44,313 nucleotides of DNA, from contig URVR01000001.1 in NCBI GenBank assembly GCA_900551355.1, positions 1 through 44,313 of the forward strand. The letters run 5' to 3'. The DNA comes from an uncultured Eubacteriales bacterium. GTDB taxonomy: Bacteria > Bacillota > Clostridia > Oscillospirales > Oscillospiraceae. This document shows positions 36,833 through 44,313 of this stretch, one piece after another. The translations under genes and the position numbers were made by a program. The notes below the pieces were generated by a model that saw nothing but the letters and a program-made list of their open reading frames with translations, was not told the origin of the DNA and did no database searches. Position 1 is the first letter of the stretch. Each line of letters opens with the position of its first letter.

Positions 36833-38233
36833 TCATTTTCCCGCCTTATCCCGGCGGGCGTTGATCTTTTCCTTGTTGAACATGCAGAACGCCGTCATCA
36901 GCAGGATCCGCAGATCGAAGGCCGGCGACCAGTTCTCGATATAGTACAGGTCGAACTCGATGCGCTTGGTGATGGACGTATCGCCCCGGAAGCCGTTGAC
37001 CTGCGCCCAGCCGGTGATGCCGGGCCGCACCTGGTGCTTCACCATGTAGCGAGGGATCTCCTCCTTGAACTGCTTCACAAAGAACGGCAGCTCCGGGCGG
37101 GGGCCGATAAGGCTCATGTCGCCCTTGAGCACGTTGAAAAACTGGGGCAGCTCGTCCACGGAGCACTTGCGGATCAGGGAGCCGAACCACGTCTTGCGGT
37201 CGTCCTCGTTCTTGCTCCAGCCGGTGTTCTGACTGCTGTTGACCTTCATGGAGCGGAACTTGTACATGTAAAAGGGCTTCTTGTCCTTGCCCACCCGCTC
37301 CTGCTTAAAGATGATGGGGCCGGGGGAGGACAGCTTCACGCCGACGGCCGCGATGAGCATCAGCGGCGAGGTCAGCACGATCAGCACCAGCGAGCCGATG
37401 ATGTCCGCCGTCCGCTTCAGCATGGCGTTGCCCAGATTGTCCAGCGGGATGCGCCGCAGGTTGATGAGCGGCAGCCCGTTTACGATGTCCACCTGGGGAT
37501 TGGAGGACATATACCTGACGTAGGACGGCACCACGGACAGCTTTGTGCCGTCCTTTTCGCAGGCGTCGATGATCTTGCCCATCCACTGCCCCTCCTCCGT
37601 GGGCAGGGCCACCACCACCTCGTCCGGCTTCTCCCGCTGGAAGATCTCCTCCAGCTGCCGGTAGGCGCCGCAGTAGGGCAGGGCGCGCCAGTCGCTCCGG
37701 TCCGCCACATAGCCCACCACCTGATAACCCAGGCTCTTATCCTGCGTCACCTTTTTCAGATAGGCCTCGGCGCTGTCCCCGTGACCCACCAGCAGCACCC
37801 GCTTCTGGTTGTAGCCCATGGCGCGGTAGTGCCGCAGCAGCAGACGTATGGCCGCCCGCTTGCCCACCAGCAGGAGCACGGACACGCCGTAGAAAAACGC
37901 CACCGACCACCGGGACGTCTCGCCCAGGCGCAGCACGAACATGGCCGCCATGACGATCAACGCCACCAGCAGCTCCAGCACCGCCACCCGTCCGGCCTCC
38001 ACATGGAACCGCACGGCCCGGAAGGACTCGTACAGCCCCGCCACGGCAAAGATCAGCAGCGTCAGCGCCGCCGCCGCCACGCCCAGCCAGACGTAGTAGT
38101 TGAACGGCATGCCTCTGATGCCGCGGAACAGGTCGAATCGCAGCCAGTAGGACACCAGCATGGCCAGAAAGACCGCCACTGCGTCGGTGAGCACGTTGAA
38201 TTGATTGAGCAGACGTTGGTTTTCCCGTATCAT
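36833..38233 (-). CDS. undecaprenyl-phosphate glucose phosphotransferase (WcaJ-like priming transferase)
   Basis: N-terminal TMs, KRTADI, SPGPIIFKQERVG, YKFRSM, DELPQFFNVLKGDMSLIGPRPE, RPGITGWAQVNG. Confidence 0.95.
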   Translation of the reverse strand: MIRENQRLLNQFNVLTDAVAVFLAMLVSYWLRFDLFRGIRGMPFNYYVWLGVAAAALTLLIFAVAGLYESFRAVRFHVEAGRVAVLELLVALIVMAAMFVLRLGETSRWSVAFFYGVSVLLLVGKRAAIRLLLRHYRAMGYNQKRVLLVGHGDSAEAYLKKVTQDKSLGYQVVGYVADRSDWRALPYCGAYRQLEEIFQREKPDEVVVALPTEEGQWMGKIIDACEKDGTKLSVVPSYVRYMSSNPQVDIVNGLPLINLRRIPLDNLGNAMLKRTADIIGSLVLIVLTSPLMLIAAVGVKLSSPGPIIFKQERVGKDKKPFYMYKFRSMKVNSSQNTGWSKNEDDRKTWFGSLIRKCSVDELPQFFNVLKGDMSLIGPRPELPFFVKQFKEEIPRYMVKHQVRPGITGWAQVNGFRGDTSITKRIEFDLYYIENWSPAFDLRILLMTAFCMFNKEKINARRDKAGK

Positions 38234-39348
38234 ATCCGTTTTCCTTTATCACCCGTCACGGACAGGTATCGTTCCATCACCTGCGGCAGCACCGTCTCCA
38301 GCGCGTACCGCTGCATCTTCTCCCGGCCTGCCTGTCCCAGCTGTGCGCGCAGCCCGGCGTCCTCCGCCAGCGTCCGCACCGCGTCGGCAAAGGCCGCCTC
38401 GTCCCCCCGCGGGAACAGCAGACCGTTCTCCGACCCGATCAGATCGGTGTGCCCCTTCACGGCGCTGGCCACCGCCGGCAGGCCGCAGGCCATGGCCTCC
38501 ATGATGTTGAAGGGCAGCCCCTCCGACCGGCTGGCGGACACGGCGATGTCCGCCGCCCCCAGCCACACCGGGATATCGTGTACCTGCCCCGGAAACTGCA
38601 CCCGATCCGCCACGCCCAGCTCACCAGCCAGCGCGCGGCAGGACTCCAGCAGCTCACCGCTGCCGGGCAGCAGCAGCTTGATGTGCGGCGGCAGCTTCGT
38701 CATGGCCCGCAGCAGCATGGCCTGGTCCTTCCGTCCGGAGAATTCCGCCGGATAGAGCAGGGCGATGTCCCCCTCCGCAAGACCCAGCCTGTCCCGCATG
38801 GCCTGCCGCGTCTCCCCCGCCGCCCGGAAGCGGCTGAGGTCCACGCCCATGCCGGGGATCTCCTCCACCCGGGCCGCCGCACAGTGTTCCACTGCCCACC
38901 GGGTATCCCAGGCGTTCATGGTCAGCACCAGATCGGTCTGGGGCGCCGTCAGCAGCTCCGCCTTTGTCAGCAGCAGCTTTTTGGCCGCCGGCGTCTCGTC
39001 GGTGAACAGATACCCGTGCATCACGTTGATGATCCCGGGCCGGTCATGCATGCCCCTTGCCGCCCAGCGGGTGAAGAACGCCGCCAGCGACGTGTGGGCG
39101 ATGACCAGATCGTAGTGCTCCCGCTCCATCATGCCCCGCAGCAGCTTTGCCGCCCGGAAATTGGCGGGAGAGGACATCTTCTTCTCCAGCGGCAGCACCG
39201 TGGTCACGTCGGCAAAGGGGATATCCCGCATGGCGCCGCCGCAGGCCACATGCACCTGCCAGCCCAGCTCCCGGAACCGCCGGAGGTAGGGCAGGTGGAA
39301 ATTCATGATATGGGAAAATGTGGACGCCGTGATCAGCACGGATGGCAT
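38230..39348 (-). CDS. GT4 family glycosyltransferase
   Basis: FHLPYL, HGYLF, IPGMGVD, KDQ, SRSEGLPFNIMEAMACGLP; GGAGG RBS at ATG 39348. Confidence 0.92.
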   Translation of the reverse strand: MPSVLITASTFSHIMNFHLPYLRRFRELGWQVHVACGGAMRDIPFADVTTVLPLEKKMSSPANFRAAKLLRGMMEREHYDLVIAHTSLAAFFTRWAARGMHDRPGIINVMHGYLFTDETPAAKKLLLTKAELLTAPQTDLVLTMNAWDTRWAVEHCAAARVEEIPGMGVDLSRFRAAGETRQAMRDRLGLAEGDIALLYPAEFSGRKDQAMLLRAMTKLPPHIKLLLPGSGELLESCRALAGELGVADRVQFPGQVHDIPVWLGAADIAVSASRSEGLPFNIMEAMACGLPAVASAVKGHTDLIGSENGLLFPRGDEAAFADAVRTLAEDAGLRAQLGQAGREKMQRYALETVLPQVMERYLSVTGDKGKRI

Positions 39349-39367
39349 AGGCGTTCCTCCTTTGCTG

Positions 39368-41743
39368 TTAAGATGCCGCAGTCTGCCCCCGCATGCTGCT
39401 GAGGTACTCCGCCACATCGCTGCTGAGCTGGATGGTGCCCAGGTTGTCCCGGTTCCAGCTCTCCAGCTTCTCCTGCAGCCGGGCCGCTCCCTGCAGGAAG
39501 GCCTCGCTGTTGTCGTTATACCGCATGACCAGCCGGAAGCTGGCGTTCCAGGTGTCCGGGTCGGAGGGCGTGTAGTCCACGAACTTCTCCAGCATGGCAA
39601 AGCCCTTCTCCGCGTCGCCCAGGTTGAAATACGCCTCCGCCAGATACTTGGGCACGGAGTTGGAGTTCAGCTTCTCCAGATCGGCCATGTACCGCTGCAC
39701 CCGCTCCCGCATGTCGTCGGGCAGATTCTCCTCCGCCGAGGCGTTGTATACATAGGACAGCTTGTGATCCGCCCACTCATAGGGATCCAGATCCGCCGCC
39801 TGCGCCGCTCCGTCATAGCTGCCCTGTGCGATCAGCCGAGCCGCCCACAGGTTCATCACCAGCAGCACGGCAAAGACCGCCAGGCCCAGCGCCTCTGCCC
39901 GCACCATCCAGCGGCGGGCCTTCTCCCCCGCAAAGCGCAGGGGCACCAGCTCGCCGCAGCTCAGGTTCATCACGGCCAGCGCGCCGAAGCCGAAGGGCAG
40001 GAAGTAGCCGCTGGAGAAAATGACCTCCACCGCGGCGTGAATCATCAGGAACAGCAGCAGCGCGCACAGCGCCGGTGCCATGGTCTGCTGCGTCTCCCGA
40101 TCCCTGCGCCACAGCCGGATCAGTCCCACGGCGTTGGCAGCCAGCATACCCAGCCACAGCGCAAGCCCGATAACGCCCGTCTCCACCATGGTCTGCACAT
40201 AGTGGTTATGGGCATACTTCGTCTCGTAGTGATAGGACTGCACGTTGTAGATGCCGTTTTCAAAGGCGCCCATGCCCAGTCCGATGACGGGGCTGCGCTT
40301 GAACAGCTTCATGGCGTCCCCGATATACACAAAGCGCTGCACCACGTTGCCCTCGGTGCGCAGGGTCTGGATACGCCCCGCAATGGCCTCCGGCAGCAGC
40401 TTATACTTCAGCTTCAGCTCCCCGGATGCCGCGCCCTCATAGCGGATAGACGTGATCTGCACCGTCTCGTCGGTGCTGATGAGGAACGTCACGGACTGGC
40501 AGCCCTCCGGCGCCGTAAACGCCGCGCCGTCCGCCGCGCCTGTATAGACCGTGGTCTTGCGGTTCATCACCGCGTCCTCCCTGGTCTGGGTCTGCACCTG
40601 CACCGTCACGGGGCCGTCGGCCTCCACCTGCAGGGTATAGTCCCCCGCGCCCAGATACGCGCCGCGGGTGATCTGCTCCCCGGCGTTCATGCGGATATCG
40701 CCGGTCCAGCTCACCGCCACCACCATCATGGCGACGGCGGCGGCCAGCACCGCCAGCAGCACGATGTTCACGGTCCTCATCCGCTGCGCCATACGCAGCG
40801 CCAGCGGGCGTCCCGCGAAAATATCCAGCGCGCACAGCGCCGCCGCGGCGGCCAGCGCCGCCAGCAGCGGCAGCACCTGTACCTTCTCTCCGGCGGCGGC
40901 ATAGGCCGGCAGCACCGCCAGACTGGCCGCTGCCGTCAGCACCAGCGTCTCCACCATCAGCACAAAGGAGACCGCCCGGCGCTGTCCCCGCTCCAGCAGC
41001 AAAAACAGCAGGAATGCCGCCGCGATGGCCAGCATGGCGCCGCGGCTCACCGCCAGCAGGAACGCCGTACTGCTCAGCAGCAGGCACGACAGGTGCAGGC
41101 ACCGCTCCTTCCGCGCCTCCGCCGTCACCGCCAGTCCCAGCGACAGCAATATGGCCACACCGGCACAGCCGGCGAACACATTGGGATTCTCAAAAATGGT
41201 CTTGAGCCGCTGCTCCTGCAGCAGGGAGCGCAGCGTCAGCGGCGCGCCCAGGGCGGTGGTCATGCCGTTCAGCAGCTTATACAGCACCTGGGTGGACACG
41301 GCATCGATGCTGAACAGCGCCGCCAGCGCGCCCGCCGTCTCCAGCACCGTGGCGGCACAGCGCCCGGTGCGGTGCTCCCGCGCCGGCTCCGCCGCCGTCA
41401 GCAGCAACGCCATGCTGGCCGCCGCCGCCACCTTCAGGAACTCGTACAGCGCAAATTTGCCGGACGGCGCATACAGCGTGGAGATACCGTCCAGCAGGAC
41501 ATACAGCCCCAGCAGCAGCGCCGGCCACGTCATGCGCTGCGCCAGCGTCCTGCCCTTCACGATCACGCACACGATGGCCGCCAGCAGCAGCACCAGCGTG
41601 ATGCCCTTATTGTTGCCATGGAGCATCAGGCATGTGATAAAAAAGTAAAAAACCGCCAGCACCGGCACCAGCCACGGCCGCCGCAGCTCCCGCTGCAGCC
41701 CCACGGCGGAGGAGGTGTCCTTACGGCCTGTTTTCTTTGCCAT
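39368..41743 (-). CDS. O-antigen ligase/polymerase family membrane protein with inserted extracellular domain
   Basis: Many TMs; RL..IFENPN, SRGA, QRFVY, GLGMGAF, AHNHYVQTMVETG, IHA. Confidence 0.85.
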   Translation of the reverse strand: MAKKTGRKDTSSAVGLQRELRRPWLVPVLAVFYFFITCLMLHGNNKGITLVLLLAAIVCVIVKGRTLAQRMTWPALLLGLYVLLDGISTLYAPSGKFALYEFLKVAAAASMALLLTAAEPAREHRTGRCAATVLETAGALAALFSIDAVSTQVLYKLLNGMTTALGAPLTLRSLLQEQRLKTIFENPNVFAGCAGVAILLSLGLAVTAEARKERCLHLSCLLLSSTAFLLAVSRGAMLAIAAAFLLFLLLERGQRRAVSFVLMVETLVLTAAASLAVLPAYAAAGEKVQVLPLLAALAAAAALCALDIFAGRPLALRMAQRMRTVNIVLLAVLAAAVAMMVVAVSWTGDIRMNAGEQITRGAYLGAGDYTLQVEADGPVTVQVQTQTREDAVMNRKTTVYTGAADGAAFTAPEGCQSVTFLISTDETVQITSIRYEGAASGELKLKYKLLPEAIAGRIQTLRTEGNVVQRFVYIGDAMKLFKRSPVIGLGMGAFENGIYNVQSYHYETKYAHNHYVQTMVETGVIGLALWLGMLAANAVGLIRLWRRDRETQQTMAPALCALLLFLMIHAAVEVIFSSGYFLPFGFGALAVMNLSCGELVPLRFAGEKARRWMVRAEALGLAVFAVLLVMNLWAARLIAQGSYDGAAQAADLDPYEWADHKLSYVYNASAEENLPDDMRERVQRYMADLEKLNSNSVPKYLAEAYFNLGDAEKGFAMLEKFVDYTPSDPDTWNASFRLVMRYNDNSEAFLQGAARLQEKLESWNRDNLGTIQLSSDVAEYLSSMRGQTAAS

Positions 41744-41816
41744 AGCGTTCTCCTTATCCTTCGATAGTCTCCCCTCAGTATACTCTTTTTCGCTGTTCTC
41801 TGTCAATGTGCAGCGA

Positions 41817-41844
41817 GAATATTCCGCCCCGCCGCGCATACAGT
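41817..41844 (+). promoter_or_regulatory. candidate sigma-E promoter
   Basis: GAATATT-N13-CATACAGT just before the GGGAGG RBS. Confidence 0.5.
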
Positions 41845-41866
41845 GTGGACAGGGAGGCGATGCACC

Positions 41867-42349
41867 ATGCGCCGTATGCGCTATCTGTTGAGCTTTTGTA
41901 CCGCCGCCGCCTGCACGGCGCTGCTGTACGGTCTGTCCGTCCGGTTCCCCAACCCGCTGACCCAGGTGCTGTTCCCTGTCAACGGCAGTCCCTGGGAGCT
42001 GGGCAAGCTGGCGCTCTGGCCAGGACTGTGCGCCGCACTGGTGCTGCGCCGTCTGGACGGCGGCGGCTCCCGCAGCGGCCTGTGCGCCGCCGTACTGCTG
42101 TCTGTGGGCGCCGCCATGGTGCTGGGCGCCGCGGGGCTGTCCTCTGTTCTTTTATGTCCGCTGGCACCTGCCAGCGGACTGATCGCCTACGCGCTGGCGC
42201 TGCGGCGTCTGCGGGGCGGCGAGCTGCTGTGGTATACCGCCCTGATCCTGCTGTCCATCGCCTGTATCCTGTTCACCATCCTGCCGCCGTCCGGCGCGCT
42301 GTTCGCCGATCCCGCCGACGTATCCGCCGTCGCCCCCATTCCCTTCTGA
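41867..42349 (+). CDS. small membrane protein, DUF6512-like
   Basis: LFPVNGSPWELGKL motif, several hydrophobic helices, GGGAGG RBS. Confidence 0.65.
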   Translation: MRRMRYLLSFCTAAACTALLYGLSVRFPNPLTQVLFPVNGSPWELGKLALWPGLCAALVLRRLDGGGSRSGLCAAVLLSVGAAMVLGAAGLSSVLLCPLAPASGLIAYALALRRLRGGELLWYTALILLSIACILFTILPPSGALFADPADVSAVAPIPF

Positions 42350-42357
42350 CGGTCAAA

Positions 42358-42387
42358 ACGGACACAGGGTACGCCCCTGTGTCCGTC
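42358..42387. terminator. terminator between convergent genes
   Basis: ACGGACACAGGG / CCCTGTGTCCGT. Confidence 0.8.
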
Positions 42388-42392
42388 TTCGT

Positions 42393-42968
42393 TTATTCGG
42401 TTATCAAGTGCTTTTCCGGCTCCTGCATGTCCCGGGCAATGGCCTTGGCGTACCGCTCCTCCTCGCTGAACACGCAGCCGCAGTATTTCTGCATATAAAA
42501 GCCCATCTCCCGGGCCTGCCGCTGCCCTTCCCGGAAGCCGGGACGGAAGTCCCGGTACAGGAACGCCACGCCGTACTGCGCCGCCAGTGCCTCCGCCGTC
42601 TGCCGCAGCAGCTCGTGATCCTGATAGGGGCTGACGAACAGTGTGCTGGTAAAGCTCTCAAAGCCGTGCTCCGCCGCGTACCGCGCCGTCTGCTCCAGCC
42701 GCAGGCGGTAGCATTTGCCGCAGCGGTGCTCCAGATCCTCCGCCACCAGGCGGCAGAACTCCCGCAGACCGTAATCCTCCTGCACGATCAACTCCATGCC
42801 GATGCTGGGGGCATAGGCCATCAGCGTATCCCGCCGGGCCTTGTACTCCTGATAGGGATGGATGTTGGGATTGAACCAGTAGGACACCGGCTCGATGCCC
42901 TCGCTCCGCAGCTGCTGGATGCAGGACACGGAGCAGGGCGCGCAGCAGGTGTGCATCAGCGTTTTCAT
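42393..42968 (-). CDS. queH: epoxyqueuosine reductase QueH
   Basis: HTCCAPCS, FNPNIHPYQEY, RCGKCY, STLFVSPYQ, YMQKYCGCVFS. Confidence 0.93.
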   Translation of the reverse strand: MKTLMHTCCAPCSVSCIQQLRSEGIEPVSYWFNPNIHPYQEYKARRDTLMAYAPSIGMELIVQEDYGLREFCRLVAEDLEHRCGKCYRLRLEQTARYAAEHGFESFTSTLFVSPYQDHELLRQTAEALAAQYGVAFLYRDFRPGFREGQRQAREMGFYMQKYCGCVFSEEERYAKAIARDMQEPEKHLITE

Positions 42969-44134
42969 GCCTTTTTCTCCTTCTTCTCCCGGCGCAGCAG
43001 GCCCCGCAGCCTGTCGGCCACGCCGCCGTTCTGGTGCTGCATCACCGAGAGGAACCGGGCGCGCACCTGCTGGAAGGGCAGCTGCTCCATGGCCCGGAAG
43101 AACTGCTCCCGCTCCGACGGGGCCGCCGGCGGCTCCCGCAGGGCGGCGCAGCAGGCCGCCGCCTCCTCCAGCGTCCGGTGCTGCTTCTCCAGCGGCAGCA
43201 TATCGAACACCTGGGCGCCCTTGACGGTATTGATCAGCAGCATGGACACGCCGCTCTTTTTCTCCTCCGGGGCAAAGCTGCCGCCGCTGAAATCCCCCAG
43301 CGTCACGTCGCTGGGCCGGTCCGTGGTGGCGTAGGTGCAGTGGTGGCAGGCGGGGCGCATGAAAAGCCGCCGGGCGATGCCCCGGCCCAGCTCGCATTTG
43401 CCCATGGGCGCGTCATAGCGGCCGCCGCCCTCGAACTGCACCCGGAACCGCCGCTCCCGGTCGCCGGTGAGCTTGCCGCAGAACTCCACCGCCGTGGGGC
43501 GGTGCTGCTTGACGTAGGTCATGGACTTCACCAGCTGCGCCCACACGCCGGGGCTGCACACGCCGCCGCAGGCCACATCGCAGGTCAGCAGCCGCTCCGG
43601 GTGCTCCCCCAGATAGCGGTACAGCCCGTCCACCTGACAGGGCGTACCGGAAAACAGCACCTGCCGCCCCTGATCCAGATACAGCCGCACCTGCTGATAG
43701 GCGTCGCCGATGTCGCTCTGCACCGGCTTCATGCCCCGCAGACGGGGCAGGTCGTGGACGTTCTTCACCGCCGTATGTACCACCCGCAGCCGCTCATCCA
43801 GTGCCGCGCCGAACACCACGCCGCCGCCCTCCAGCACATACTCCGCCAGCGCCGAGAACGCGCCGCCGCAGGTGGAGCCGTGCCGCACGGCCTCGTCCCG
43901 GCTCCACACGGCGAACACCTGGGGCGCCGTGCGGTGCTCCCGCTGCTTCTGCACCGGGCACACATGGGTGCAGTGGCCGCACTGGACGCAGCCGTCCGTT
44001 ATCTCCGGGTAGAGGAATCCCTCCCTGTCCGGCACCATACGGATGGCCCCCTTGGGGCAGCCGCTGCTGCACGCGCCGCATCCGGTGCACCGGTCATGGG
44101 CCGCCAGCTGGGGCATATTCACAGTCTCTGTCAC
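42965..44134 (-). CDS. 4Fe-4S ferredoxin / F420 hydrogenase beta-subunit C-terminal domain protein
   Basis: CTGCGAC...CP and CVQCGHC...CP, STCGGAF, VLFSGTPCQVDGL, RPACHHC; GGGAGG RBS before GTG 44134. Confidence 0.88.
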   Translation of the reverse strand: MTETVNMPQLAAHDRCTGCGACSSGCPKGAIRMVPDREGFLYPEITDGCVQCGHCTHVCPVQKQREHRTAPQVFAVWSRDEAVRHGSTCGGAFSALAEYVLEGGGVVFGAALDERLRVVHTAVKNVHDLPRLRGMKPVQSDIGDAYQQVRLYLDQGRQVLFSGTPCQVDGLYRYLGEHPERLLTCDVACGGVCSPGVWAQLVKSMTYVKQHRPTAVEFCGKLTGDRERRFRVQFEGGGRYDAPMGKCELGRGIARRLFMRPACHHCTYATTDRPSDVTLGDFSGGSFAPEEKKSGVSMLLINTVKGAQVFDMLPLEKQHRTLEEAAACCAALREPPAAPSEREQFFRAMEQLPFQQVRARFLSVMQHQNGGVADRLRGLLRREKKEKKA

Positions 44135-44313
44135 GGTGTCCCGCCTCCCGATCCGTTTCTTTGCCCGTATTGTACCACGCCGCCGCAAAAAGCACAAGCC
44201 CGGCGCGCACTGTCCGTTTTTCTGGACACTTCTCTTGGTATGATGACTACACTGACACGGTTGATTGCAAAAGTGAAGGTAACATTTTTTGGGGAAAAAA
44301 GTGGTTATAGGGT

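Noticed and set aside
88..44310. Many long overlapping ORFs (e.g. 88-1389, 4879-6900, 23244-25529, 39305-41767)
   Set aside because: Antisense or off-frame shadows expected in high-GC coding DNA; no motifs or RBS

Overview
GC-rich bacterial contig that looks like a gut spore-forming clostridium (Oscillospiraceae-like, inferred from gene content and codon style). Bases 1-46 are Illumina Nextera adapter, not genome. Left and centre are mostly housekeeping: 2-hydroxyacyl-CoA dehydratase plus activator with Rex-like boxes, DUF1846, tex, a spoIIID missed by the ORF track (apparent ATC start), a stand-alone degenerate AsnB-type glutaminase domain, an ArgR-boxed amino-acid ABC operon with an M20 hydrolase, LysR/brnQ, a MoxR-type AAA+/VWA pair, a YtlACD-like ABC transporter, cysK/Rrf2, a galactokinase-like kinase, pyk, proC, bsh, a decayed sigma-54 remnant and an ArsB/NhaD permease. 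The right third is cell-envelope. It holds a membrane-anchored glycoside hydrolase divergent from a two-gene unit in which a VgrG3-like muramidase carries a dockerin and the next gene encodes a membrane-anchored cohesin/cadherin-like stalk (best candidate for an undescribed system). Next come a divergent cobalamin-riboswitch-like leader ahead of a truncated surface protein, glycan-transfer genes, queH and an FrhB-like Fe-S protein. No CRISPR array, tRNA, rRNA or transposase was recognised. All calls are by eye; no searches were run.
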